In this document: positions 42,203 to 51,957 of the stretch, in pieces
Layout: each line of letters opens with the position of its first letter
Numbering within the stretch: the stretch's first letter is position 1
Virus record (IMG/VR): IMGVR_UViG_3300042197_001533
Length of the DNA: 57,566 nucleotides
Strand: one strand, 5' to 3'
Origin: an uncultured virus (IMG/VR IMGVR_UViG_3300042197_001533)
Lineage: Duplodnaviria; Heunggongvirae; Uroviricota; Caudoviricetes
The notes under the pieces: generated by a model
What the model was told of the DNA's origin: nothing
The model's database searches: none
Seen by the model: only the letters and a program-made list of their open reading frames with translations
Made by a program: the position numbers and the translations under genes

Positions 42203-43336
42203 GTCTAAAGAGAATACCACGGAATTATAAAATGTCCACAACTATCTTAGGAACTTGGGCGAAGTTTAAATCTGTCTTTCACAGACCGAGGGTCCAACTG
42301 CGGAGCCACACTGGAACATTTCTCACCGACGGGGTGGAAATTACCTTGACACTCATCCATTGTTGCTTCATGGATTAAAGAAGTTATCAACTGTAAATGT
42401 CTGGTTTCGACCATACCAATATCGACGGTTTTGAATTTATTATTAGTCATAAATGGGATAGGAGTAAAGACGTTTGACACGTTTACGTTTGGTGGCACCA
42501 TTCTTGAGCAGCCACTCACGAAATTCCTTGACAGTCAACCGAGTGCGAAACTGAAGTTCATCAGCACCGATGTTGAAGTATGCACCGCCGAAGTGGTGCC
42601 ACTTGTCTTGAAGGGTGATCCGATTTGGGGTAGCGGAACAGATTTCCACATACTTTACCTCGGAGAACTTGACTCCACAGGTAAACCAGTCGGCGAGGAG
42701 TTTGACGTTCTTCTTATCTTGTGCGTTCATCGTTGAACCAGATTACCACCGATTTATAAAAAGTCAACTGGTTTCAGCAAAATCCCTCGTTGCAGCATCT
42801 ATTGTATCCGCCCTTAAAACCCACGCTGTAGCATGCATTTCAGACTGCGTTGAAATCCTCGTTGCAAGCGACGTTGAATCCTCCGTTAAAACCCACGTTG
42901 TATCCCGCGTTGCAACCTCTGTTGCAGACCGCGTTACAGACCGCGTTGCATTCCCCGATTTAGATTGTGTTTTAGTCGTTATAAATCAAAAATCTGTAGT
43001 TCTTCAACTTGGGATGGCGTTGAACGTCATCGAAGCTGGGAGTGAACAGCCAGTTGATCACTTCACCCTCATCGTCACGAGTTTCTTTAAATAAGGTCAC
43101 GAGAATGGTCTGACCGGTGCCGGGGTTGCAAACCATGAACCCAACATCACACGCGTCATCGTAAATCCGCTGAAACAGTTGTGCGTCACCAATATCAGAC
43201 GCTTCCGCGATGAACAATTGTTTGCTGGAATCGTGGGTGAAGATTTGAAGTCTGACCGGCGTTTTAAGACGAAGATTCATGTAGGACAATCCTATCAGAC
43301 TTTTTATCGAAGTCAACCAGTTTCTCTAAAATAAGA

Positions 43337-43368
43337 CTCCGTGGAGCAGGTTTAGCCACTCCACGGAG
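43337..43368 (-). terminator. Probable terminator hairpin
   Basis: CTCCGTGGAG..CTCCACGGAG inverted repeat, T-rich downstream on the - strand. Confidence 0.6.
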
Positions 43369-43410
43369 GTTTCCCCTAATTTGACCCTCTCAAGGCGTCA
43401 TCAGCAAATC

Positions 43411-43764
43411 TTAGGCCTCGACGGCCGGAGCCGGAACAGCAACGGAGGTCGCCGGAAGGTTCACGAGCTTACGATACTTCGCGATGTCAACCCGCTTGAT
43501 GGCGAGCTTGAACTGGGAGAGGCCAGCGCGATACTTGGTGCCGGTGCCGTGAACGGTGGCGTCGAAGGTCTGGTCCACGGGGATAAACACAACGGTGCGG
43601 TCGGCCTTGCCGTCCTTGTTCGGGCGACCACGACCAACGGGCTGGCCGTTGAGGAGGACGACACGCTTCAGAGTGACCTTGGTGCGAGGACGACCAGGGC
43701 CGCGCTTCTCAGCGACGGGGGTTTCAACGGTGGCGGTGGGGGCGGTTTCGGTGATGTTCTTCAT
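43411..43764 (-). CDS. Basic AT-hook-like DNA-binding protein
   Basis: KRGPGRPR and GRGRP motifs. Confidence 0.6.
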   Translation of the reverse strand: MKNITETAPTATVETPVAEKRGPGRPRTKVTLKRVVLLNGQPVGRGRPNKDGKADRTVVFIPVDQTFDATVHGTGTKYRAGLSQFKLAIKRVDIAKYRKLVNLPATSVAVPAPAVEA

Positions 43765-44408
43765 GGTTTGTTTTTGTTTGTTGACTTTTTACTTTTGGAG
43801 GTTTGTTGACCTCCGACACTGTTAACTCTACCACTTCTTTTAATTTTGTCAACCGACTTTCGGCAATTACTTTTTCCGTGCACCGAGATTCTCCGCGAGC
43901 ACCTTGCCATTATCGGTCAAACTGTAAGAGGGATTGCCGTCTTCATCATACGAAGCAACTTCGATCAATCCTTGTTCCACGAGATTTGCACATACACGGG
44001 TGATTTCCTCGTGTTTGATTTCATTTAAAATATCCGTGGCCTCTTCATTAGAAACATTGGCTTCAGCCATAATCATGGCAATCGCCTCGGGATCAGTCAA
44101 GATGTAATTCTCGTTCTGTTTAATGACGACCCGTTCGACCTGGTCGACATCCACCTTGTCCATGTTCTTGAGAAGGTCATCAACTGTCCCTGTGAAGGGA
44201 GTGAACGCGGGGTTTCTTTTATTTGGGTTATTCATTGGAGACAAGTTCTTTCAACTGAGCGTCAATGGGTGATACCACCGGCATAACTGGACACTCGCCA
44301 CAGTATTGTTTTGAACCGATAAAATCCCAACCAGCCATCCATGCTGATTTGTGGTCTTCGTAAGTGTTTTCCTCACCACACTTCACACATTTGCATTTAA
44401 TCATAGGA

Positions 44409-44996
44409 TTACTTGTTGACCGTGAAGACCTTGGATTCTCCGCCGACGATTTTATCAACGAGGAACCGCTTGAACTTCTTCCCCTCGTTCAGGTCGTAAC
44501 CAGTGATGTAAGCTCCGTCTCGGCTTGTCACTTGGATTTTACGCCAGATGTTCTTCGATGTGACGCCGTATCCACCGAAATTATCTCTGGCCGGATAGAG
44601 AAACTCAACCACAGGCTCCGTCACGCCGCCTACAGTATCTTTTGGGAGAAGAACACCTTGTTCATCTGGTCCATCATAAGAGAGCGTCACTTCACCATCA
44701 ACCAATTCAATCGTATAATTGAACTCTTCATCCAAAGCATCCGATGGGTAGAGATAAATAGAACCAACACCTGTTTTGAAGTGTGCTACCAACTGAGCAG
44801 CGAGACACTCGATCCCATTTGCACTTTTCTCGGGCTGGTTTCCAAGAGTGATTCCATTGGTGATAACCATTCCTTCGAGGAAGGCCACAAGTTCATCACC
44901 ATGTCCACCTTCGACATAACCATCCATCTGCCGATACATTGTCAAGATGATGTTACCCGCATCATCCTTAACCCGCGTCAAGCTTCGTGTGCCCAT
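44409..44996 (-). CDS. Hypothetical phage protein, possible WYL-like C-terminus
   Basis: N-terminal MGTRS..YRQMDGY; C-terminal YITGYDLNEGKKFKRFLVDKI. Confidence 0.5.
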   Translation of the reverse strand: MGTRSLTRVKDDAGNIILTMYRQMDGYVEGGHGDELVAFLEGMVITNGITLGNQPEKSANGIECLAAQLVAHFKTGVGSIYLYPSDALDEEFNYTIELVDGEVTLSYDGPDEQGVLLPKDTVGGVTEPVVEFLYPARDNFGGYGVTSKNIWRKIQVTSRDGAYITGYDLNEGKKFKRFLVDKIVGGESKVFTVNK

Positions 44997-45041
44997 ATAA
45001 CAGTTTTTCCTTTTTAGTTGTTTATTTTTGATTTAACTTAC

Positions 45042-45115
45042 GGAGCGGGTGGAAGGCATCGAACCTCCCCTTCCGAGCTGGTCGCCCGGCGTGCTCCCCA
45101 CGACACTACACCCGC
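45042..45115 (-). tRNA. Gly-bodied tRNA with ACC anticodon and G33
   Basis: GCGGGTG/CACCCGC-U73; CCGGG-CGACCAG-CTCGG. Confidence 0.7.
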
Positions 45116-45130
45116 TTTAGATTCTACTTC

Positions 45131-46030
45131 TTAGTTGGCACCACACGCACACTCGTTAGGGTGGTCGCCGCTTCCACAATACTGGCATTCACACCCACAG
45201 TCTCCAACAGTGTCACCACACTCAACACACGGGTCAAGGTCGCCCTCACTAAAACCCTCGTCGCCGTCATCTCCACAACCAGCATTGGGATTCGGAATGT
45301 AAGTGTCAGGCATTGGTGCCCGGTCCTTAATCTCATCCACCACGACGTAACGAGACGTGCGGAGCTTCTGACCGTCACAGTCGAACGGAACGGAAACCAC
45401 GTCCGCCGGGTCAATCTCAACCACCATCAAGTGGCCATCAGCACCAGCGTAGTCGGTGGCATACTTCAAACTGCCAGCGTGGAAACCATTGGAACAAGCC
45501 TGACGAGCATCGTCGTCAACCTGATTCCGAAGCATCGTCGGAGAAGCACCGATATGGTGAGAAACCGTTCCAGTGTATTTGTCCATGTAATCAGAACGGA
45601 CACCCTTGTAAGCACGGAACTTGCCATCGTGCGTGAGCGGCATATTCTTATGGACGAGGAACCGATAGAGTTCATCCACAGAACGCTTTGACGGATTCGC
45701 CATCAAACGGTCAAGGAAGTTGATGATGGGAGAAACCGGCAGACCGAGCTCCATAAACTGGAGAATCTTCTCAGTGGTGTAGTTGTGGACCGGAACGCCG
45801 TCGAACAAGACAGCACCATTCGCAACTGTGACACGGCCGCTACCAACGTAGTCACGGATGGGCTTCGCGAGGTCAAAAAGAGCCTCAAGGACCTTGACTT
45901 CACCAAGCGGGTCGCCGAGCAACTTGATGATGTCCTTAAACTTCGGATGGTCAGCCTTCGCGGTGAGGGTCTTGCCCGGAAGCATGATGGTCACTGTCTG
46001 ACCGGGGATAATACAGGTGGGGATGTTCAT
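45131..46030 (-). CDS. rIIB: rIIB-like protein
   Basis: NPSKRSV..MPLTHDGKFRAYKGV..CSNGFH..DPADVVSVP..KLRTSRY; adjacent to rIIA-like gene. Confidence 0.85.
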   Translation of the reverse strand: MNIPTCIIPGQTVTIMLPGKTLTAKADHPKFKDIIKLLGDPLGEVKVLEALFDLAKPIRDYVGSGRVTVANGAVLFDGVPVHNYTTEKILQFMELGLPVSPIINFLDRLMANPSKRSVDELYRFLVHKNMPLTHDGKFRAYKGVRSDYMDKYTGTVSHHIGASPTMLRNQVDDDARQACSNGFHAGSLKYATDYAGADGHLMVVEIDPADVVSVPFDCDGQKLRTSRYVVVDEIKDRAPMPDTYIPNPNAGCGDDGDEGFSEGDLDPCVECGDTVGDCGCECQYCGSGDHPNECACGAN

Positions 46031-46093
46031 TTGTTTTACTGTTGTTCTTTGTTGTTACTCTATAACTATACCAGCACTAATTGTTTTGTCAAC

Positions 46094-48370
46094 CTACTTT
46101 GTGGAACTATCCACTAATTTGACGTAATCTCCGATTTCCTTAACCACAGTGGGCTTTGAAGAATATCCGAAGTTATAGCTGTCAATCAGCTTCACCATCG
46201 GATAGGTTTTATAGAAACTCTCAAGCCCACTACGGAAGTCCTGTGCGAGAGTCTTGACACGTCCGGCGACCTTGCTCTCAAAGGTTTTCTGACCTTTGAT
46301 GATAGACGCCACAACACATCCTTTGTCTAAGACGATGGCGGTCTTCGGAAGAACCACGAGCTTTTCGATTTCATTATATTTGACGAGAATCGAATGAAAG
46401 AGTTTGGTCGGGTCAAATTGAGACTCGTCACCCTTGAACGTGGTGAAGATGCGATTGTCAATCTGCAATCCATCGCAGACGGTGATATAACGGTTTCCGC
46501 TGTTGGTCATGCACCCGAACTCCGCTCGAAGTTCAAGTGTAACCATGCGGTCAATAAACTCTCCGTTGGATTTGAGTTGAACCGCCAGAGCTTCCCAAAG
46601 GGGAATATAGTGAGGATTGGTTTCCAATCTCTCAGCCGAACCCTTCTTCACCGCGACAATAGCATCGGGGAGTTTAACCTTGAACTCCTTGACCAGATTG
46701 TTAAGGTGAGAGATTACATTGGACGGAGCGACTTCACCGCTCGGCGTGACGACCTGATAACGGTCAATCACGATATACGGAATACGATTCACCGGCTTCT
46801 TCGGCACCGTTCCGGCCTTGAAGAAGTCAGAGTCTTCTCCATCCTTACACGCCATGTCAAGGATAAGAAACTTCTTCGAGTTCTTATCAGCGTTGATAGA
46901 ACGTGTGGACGGCTTCCGAGTGTTCGGATAGATGTCCGAGAACTTATACACCGGCAGAGAAATAAGGTCAACGTGTTGGAAGTCAAACCCAGCAGAAACC
47001 TTCCACAGATTAAACTTAGTCACGTCAGCGATATTGAGGACGTGGACGGTGCCGAAGGACTTCTTAAAGAAATTGTCCTGACGTTCAATCAGAGCGAGAA
47101 CCCGATTACGGATCGCACTGTCGGCAAGAGTCGGGTCGGTGTTGATGATGACTGCCGTGTTCTCACTGGCTTCGATGCTCCAAGGAGCGTAAGCTGTGCA
47201 ACGAACACGGCGCTTTCCACGCCGAGCGCGGGAGAAGGTCAACGTCTTGAAGCCACAGTCATCGGAGATACGAATGGAAGTCCCCAAATCATGCAGAGCC
47301 CTCGGTAGAAACATCGAGTATTGAGCGAGCGGAGAACTGTAAGCACTGAACTTCTGACGGAGGCAACGCTTATCCCACAGAGTAGGAAGCACATCAAAGT
47401 TCTTCTGGAGTTCTGCACCAATCTCAACCCGAACCTTTTTCAAGATTTCCCAAAGAGTCTTGATGGTCTTGTCTGTCATCTGCAACGCTTCACGGTTTGC
47501 AGCAATGTCAACGGAACCGATAGGAGCCTTGAGAACAAGGTTGGCCTCAAGGAGTTTGCGATAGGCATATTCCTCATTGTCACTAATACCGTTCTCCGTC
47601 GCCTTCATCGTAACCATGTTACCAACGGAATACGCGATGTCACCCATCAAAAGCTTCGCACCCTTGTTGCTGTAACCACGAGAATCCTCCTTGGCCATAT
47701 ACCAACCTTCGCCTTCAAAGAGACGTTCAGCCTTGGTAATATCCAATGTCGCACCCTCGAATGTCGGCGTCACTTCCCAGTGAGCGAAGAACTTCGCCGA
47801 ACGGTCAATGAAAGACTGAATATCAGCCACCGAAATAGGAATCTGAATCTCAAGGCCGTCGGCCTCGGTGGTAACTTCCTCAGCGAGTTGAACGAGCTCG
47901 CCCTCCGCGCATCCGCCCTTGTGACAGACGAAGCTCTTCTTCACGCCGTTACGGATAGAGACGACGGTGAACGACTTACACTCAGGGTAAGCGAAAGCGC
48001 TCTTGGAACCAATTCCAAGCATACCGACCTGTTCATTGCTGCCGCGCTTCGTGGAAGAACCGTAGTTACAGAAGACGTTCCAGATGCGGTCGTCATCCAT
48101 ACCGATACCGAAGTCACGGACGGCAAACACCGGCGAGAAACGATTGGGGAGCTTGACAAGGATGGGGAGAAGGGGCTTGCCAGCTTCACGGTGAGCATCC
48201 ATCGCATTCGTGGAATACTCTCGGATTGGAGCCAGAATCTTGTCAGTGTAGAGAGTGTCTTGGAGAATGTTGGCAATATGGGAAATGCCCTCATTCGTGA
48301 TACTCAACTTCTTCGTGTTGAGAACACCGGAAGTCGTTGTGCCTTCGATAGAACTGATGGAAGCAATCAT
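46094..48370 (-). CDS. rIIA: rIIA-like protein (GHKL/HSP90-like ATPase N-terminus)
   Basis: LYTDKILAPIREYSTNAMDAH, RDFGIGM, YGSSTKRGSNEQVGMLGIGSKS, NREAL. Confidence 0.88.
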   Translation of the reverse strand: MIASISSIEGTTTSGVLNTKKLSITNEGISHIANILQDTLYTDKILAPIREYSTNAMDAHREAGKPLLPILVKLPNRFSPVFAVRDFGIGMDDDRIWNVFCNYGSSTKRGSNEQVGMLGIGSKSAFAYPECKSFTVVSIRNGVKKSFVCHKGGCAEGELVQLAEEVTTEADGLEIQIPISVADIQSFIDRSAKFFAHWEVTPTFEGATLDITKAERLFEGEGWYMAKEDSRGYSNKGAKLLMGDIAYSVGNMVTMKATENGISDNEEYAYRKLLEANLVLKAPIGSVDIAANREALQMTDKTIKTLWEILKKVRVEIGAELQKNFDVLPTLWDKRCLRQKFSAYSSPLAQYSMFLPRALHDLGTSIRISDDCGFKTLTFSRARRGKRRVRCTAYAPWSIEASENTAVIINTDPTLADSAIRNRVLALIERQDNFFKKSFGTVHVLNIADVTKFNLWKVSAGFDFQHVDLISLPVYKFSDIYPNTRKPSTRSINADKNSKKFLILDMACKDGEDSDFFKAGTVPKKPVNRIPYIVIDRYQVVTPSGEVAPSNVISHLNNLVKEFKVKLPDAIVAVKKGSAERLETNPHYIPLWEALAVQLKSNGEFIDRMVTLELRAEFGCMTNSGNRYITVCDGLQIDNRIFTTFKGDESQFDPTKLFHSILVKYNEIEKLVVLPKTAIVLDKGCVVASIIKGQKTFESKVAGRVKTLAQDFRSGLESFYKTYPMVKLIDSYNFGYSSKPTVVKEIGDYVKLVDSSTK

Positions 48371-48744
48371 TGTTTTAACTTTCGTGAACCGCGTTTAACT
48401 GTGGACAATCTTATCAGACTTCTTATCAAAGTCAACTGGTTATTTTAGGAAACGATGGAACAACCAACCACACTGGGGAAGAACCCGCGGGTTGAACCGT
48501 CAGCGAACTTAACGTAAACCCGACCAGTGCTTGAGGGTTTATGAGGGGCCGTAAAATCGAGGATTTCCACCAGTTCACCCCTAAAGGTGAAGACCAGCTG
48601 TCCGATACGAACTTCCGAACCGTTTTCTTTGATGAGTTTCATTTGTAGGGACATCCTATCACGGTTCTAAAAGAAGTCAACTGGTTATTTTAAATGAACA
48701 GAACCGGCATTTGTTTCACTGCCGGAACTGTGTTGGTTGGTGTC

Positions 48745-49842
48745 TTACGACTCGATCTCACACACGTATTCCTCGGGTGTGGCAAAAAGCATTGAACCGT
48801 CTTCCTTACGCCAAGTCGAGGCGACTGCGGCGTGAGCCGTCTTCAAACCACCGTAGGCGTTCGGGTCCACGCGAATGAAGTAATCCTTGAAGGAACCATC
48901 GGGCTCCGGTGTCGAATTGACCACCTTAACCATCATAAGCGGTTCATCATCCACGAGATCCTTCCGATAGAGCACACCGAAGTCATCGGAGTGAACCACC
49001 TTGCTGTTGGAGTCAAGGATGAACTTCTCACGCCCGTAGGCGTCAATCATCACACGGCGGACCTCAAGGTTGGTTTCCTTCTCAATCTGGTCAGCGGTCA
49101 TCTTCTCCGGCGACTCAACGACGTGGGCCGGAACTCGGACACCATTCACAGAGTAGAGGGAAGAACCGTCACGCCACCGGCAGAACGGGCCCTTGTCAGC
49201 ATGGGGCTGATTACGGGGGTTCACCGACAAAACCTCCGGGCGGTCAGAAAGGATACAAAACTTCTCATGGACCACACGAGGACCGGAGAGTTCAGCCAAC
49301 TTCTCGTAACAATCCCAGTTGGAATAGTCAATGTCGAGCTTGGCCACATGGCGGAAGAAACTGAGGTAGCTCACCCAACCTGACCACTGATTGCCACCGT
49401 TCCACATATTGTGGACGTGGCGAACACACTCCACACCGAAGTCGCCTAGGCCGAACTTCTCGGAAAGGGCCTTGATGTTGTAAGGGGAAACATACCACTT
49501 GTTATACGTAAGTGGCGAAAGACACGAGACATCATCGTTAAGGGCCTTCACCATGTCGGGGATGGTAATGGTGGCCTCGGCACCCTTCTCGGCGATGGCA
49601 GCAGCGAAACCACCGGCAACCACGAGGGCGAACGGAGACTTCACAAACAAGACGTGTTCAGGCTCGGCCAACTTGGCGACACGATACAAAGTCTTGACGT
49701 GGGTAATGCAATCGAGCTTGTCATCGGCGGTCATCGCCTTACATGACATTGCATTCGCAATCCACTTGTCGGCCCACGGCTTAAGCTGGGCTCGGTGTTC
49801 TGGGGTGAGGGTGTATTTTGGCTTTTGTGTGGTATCACTCAT
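48745..49842 (-). CDS. DUF6745-domain protein
   Basis: CILSDRPE..HADKGP..WRDG..Y..NGVRVP..ETNLEVRRVM..VVNSTPEPDGS..YFIRV. Confidence 0.75.
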   Translation of the reverse strand: MSDTTQKPKYTLTPEHRAQLKPWADKWIANAMSCKAMTADDKLDCITHVKTLYRVAKLAEPEHVLFVKSPFALVVAGGFAAAIAEKGAEATITIPDMVKALNDDVSCLSPLTYNKWYVSPYNIKALSEKFGLGDFGVECVRHVHNMWNGGNQWSGWVSYLSFFRHVAKLDIDYSNWDCYEKLAELSGPRVVHEKFCILSDRPEVLSVNPRNQPHADKGPFCRWRDGSSLYSVNGVRVPAHVVESPEKMTADQIEKETNLEVRRVMIDAYGREKFILDSNSKVVHSDDFGVLYRKDLVDDEPLMMVKVVNSTPEPDGSFKDYFIRVDPNAYGGLKTAHAAVASTWRKEDGSMLFATPEEYVCEIES

Positions 49843-51054
49843 AATTAAGTTGTAGAACAAGGTTACTCTGCTTTTGAAAAAAGTCAATCAGATTTCTTCG
49901 GCTCGGTGAGGATTGTTGTCAAACCTATCAATTGCTTCCTCGGTCATCGTTGAAATCACCATCACCGCTCCATTAAAACTATCCACGGTATTCCTTAGAA
50001 CCTCGTCCATGAGTCGGTATTCGGTCAACCCATTCACTTCCTTGTGGACGTCATCACCAAGTCTACAATCGCCAGCGACCTTTCCCATCTTCCGTGCAAT
50101 GTCTCGTTCAGTCATATTCATAAGTAAATCAATCAAGTAAGTTAAGATACTGAAGTTCAAACCCAATTCCGCCCGGATGTTCCATCTCATTATCGAATGA
50201 GTTTTGGATAAGAAGTTCCACTTCCTCTTCCATGTCATAGACTTGAAACATCAAGGGCGGAGGACAAAATGTATCGGAAGATACTGTCCATTCATCGCCT
50301 CTTGAGGCACCTATCCAATGTCTGACGGCAGCGTTCTTTAACCTCTTCTCCAGTTCAACGGAAGACTTGATGGTGTCAATCTTCATAACTAAATTGGTCA
50401 ATCGAATCTCGGAACTCTACTCGGACACGTTGAATATCTATCGGTTCCATCACTGCTATGACCGCATCGTGCCGAGTCAATACAAATTGGGGTCCACCGC
50501 ACAGATTCTCTATCTGTTTCACAATCTCCATATCAGCTATATGAGTCCGTCTTTCAGTGTCCAAGTTCATTTATAAATTCTGTAATTGCACCCGACCAAT
50601 CCATCAAGAGCCTTGCTCCGACCCCGTTCATCGGATGAAGCGTGTCATCAACCACATCCCTATCATGTCCAAGCTGTAACGAAATGGTCATCTTTAGGTA
50701 GCCCACCTGACGTTCATGCTTACTTAATGGGTCGTGTCCACTCATTCAATCTCGTTAAACGAACGGACATCCGAAAACAACATCATATTGGCAAACTGCC
50801 TAGAAAACAGAGAGGTTTTCCGCGCCGTTGACTCCGCATCACAATCAACGTTCTCATAGACCGCCTCTATGATGTCACTAGAGATACACCTAAGCCGTTC
50901 AGGCGACACGGAATTATCAAAGGGTTTCGATTTCACTCCCACAACTCTACCATACATCGAAAACAAGTCAACCACTCTTTCTAACCAGTTGATATTCAAC
51001 CAGATCAATCTTATAATAAGTGTTGACCTTTCACCCAGGCATGGTATTCTGTAC

Positions 51055-51175
51055 CTGTAAGTGACGGATAGCACAGAAGCGAATGGGTTGGCGGCGACAC
51101 CCGAACAAAAGCCAGGCGAGACAGACCGAAAGGCGTCCGGAGTAGGGGACCGGAGCCTGCGCACATACCGTTAAC
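51055..51175 (+). ncRNA. Putative ~120-nt structured RNA
   Basis: Promoter TTGACC..TATTCT (~51023-51049); closing stem GTGACGG/CCGTTAAC; hairpins GGGT/ACCC, CAGGC/GCCTG, CC-GAAA-GG, TCCGG/CCGGA. Confidence 0.55.
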
Positions 51176-51957
51176 GATACATATTATAAAGTTACTTTAA
51201 TTGGACGACCATGCCCGGCATCCATTAACTGGCCTAATCCCACGATTTTCGATTTCCCCAGCATAAGAGCCTCTTACCCTGTCCGAAGGTCATAAGTTGA
51301 GCGAATACCAGTCGAATCGCTATAAGTTGTTCTAATTCAACGGTTTATAAGTTATCCTAATGATGACCATAAGTTTGTCTCATTTTCACGGCGCCGACCC
51401 ATAAATAGACGAAAATACCCCTCGGTGCGCTCGCGCAAATAAACGAGGGCGCACGTCGTGCGCTGCGCAAAATACCCAATAAATACAGGGGTATGCGCAA
51501 AACCATATTTGACGCTATTAGACCCCCTTCACGATAAAAAAGCGGTCAACCTGCCAATGATGCAAGCACCGTAGGCACGCGGGCGAGGAAGCGGACCAAG
51601 CAAAAAGCAAAAATGCCTGCATAAAAAAACAAACCCGTGTGTAAAACACGCAATATGCAGGCCTTCTTGTTGTAGTTATGTGGCCTGCTTAGCTTTATCC
51701 CCTCTTGAGGTCAACAAACCCCTTATTATACCCATCTCCCATCGTTGTCTAACTCCCCCTGCCTATTTTAAGATAATGGACATTCTATATAAACTATCAT
51801 GTGAGTGGGTCAGTGTGGGGGAGAATGGGGTCAAAGGGAGAACGGGTAGGAGGTCTGGTTCTGGTCTATTTAGCCTCTGGGGGTACCCCCCGACTGGGAG
51901 GTATAAATGATTCTTTTTGACTTTCTATTGGTATTGATGTTATAGTGTTGTGGATAG

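Larger units (their letters stand above)
33570..50972 (-). promoter_or_regulatory. Roughly 18-20 copies of the same promoter family on the - strand
   Basis: ..AGTCAA/TGTCAA with -10 and nearby CAT, e.g. near 34330, 35312, 35660, 37850, 38513, 39813, 40612, 42762, 43312, 46088, 48431, 48676, 49883. Confidence 0.85.

Noticed and set aside
40994..49855. Long + strand ORFs opposite the helicase, rIIA/rIIB and DUF6745 genes (e.g. 46394-47308, 47321-48448)
   Set aside because: Antisense frames from codon bias, with no motifs or promoters.
51055..51175. Hairpin ribozyme or fifth copy of the four-copy motif
   Set aside because: Shares only GACGGATAG and an AGAA word; lacks GUGAAAUC and the hairpin-ribozyme loop B sequences.
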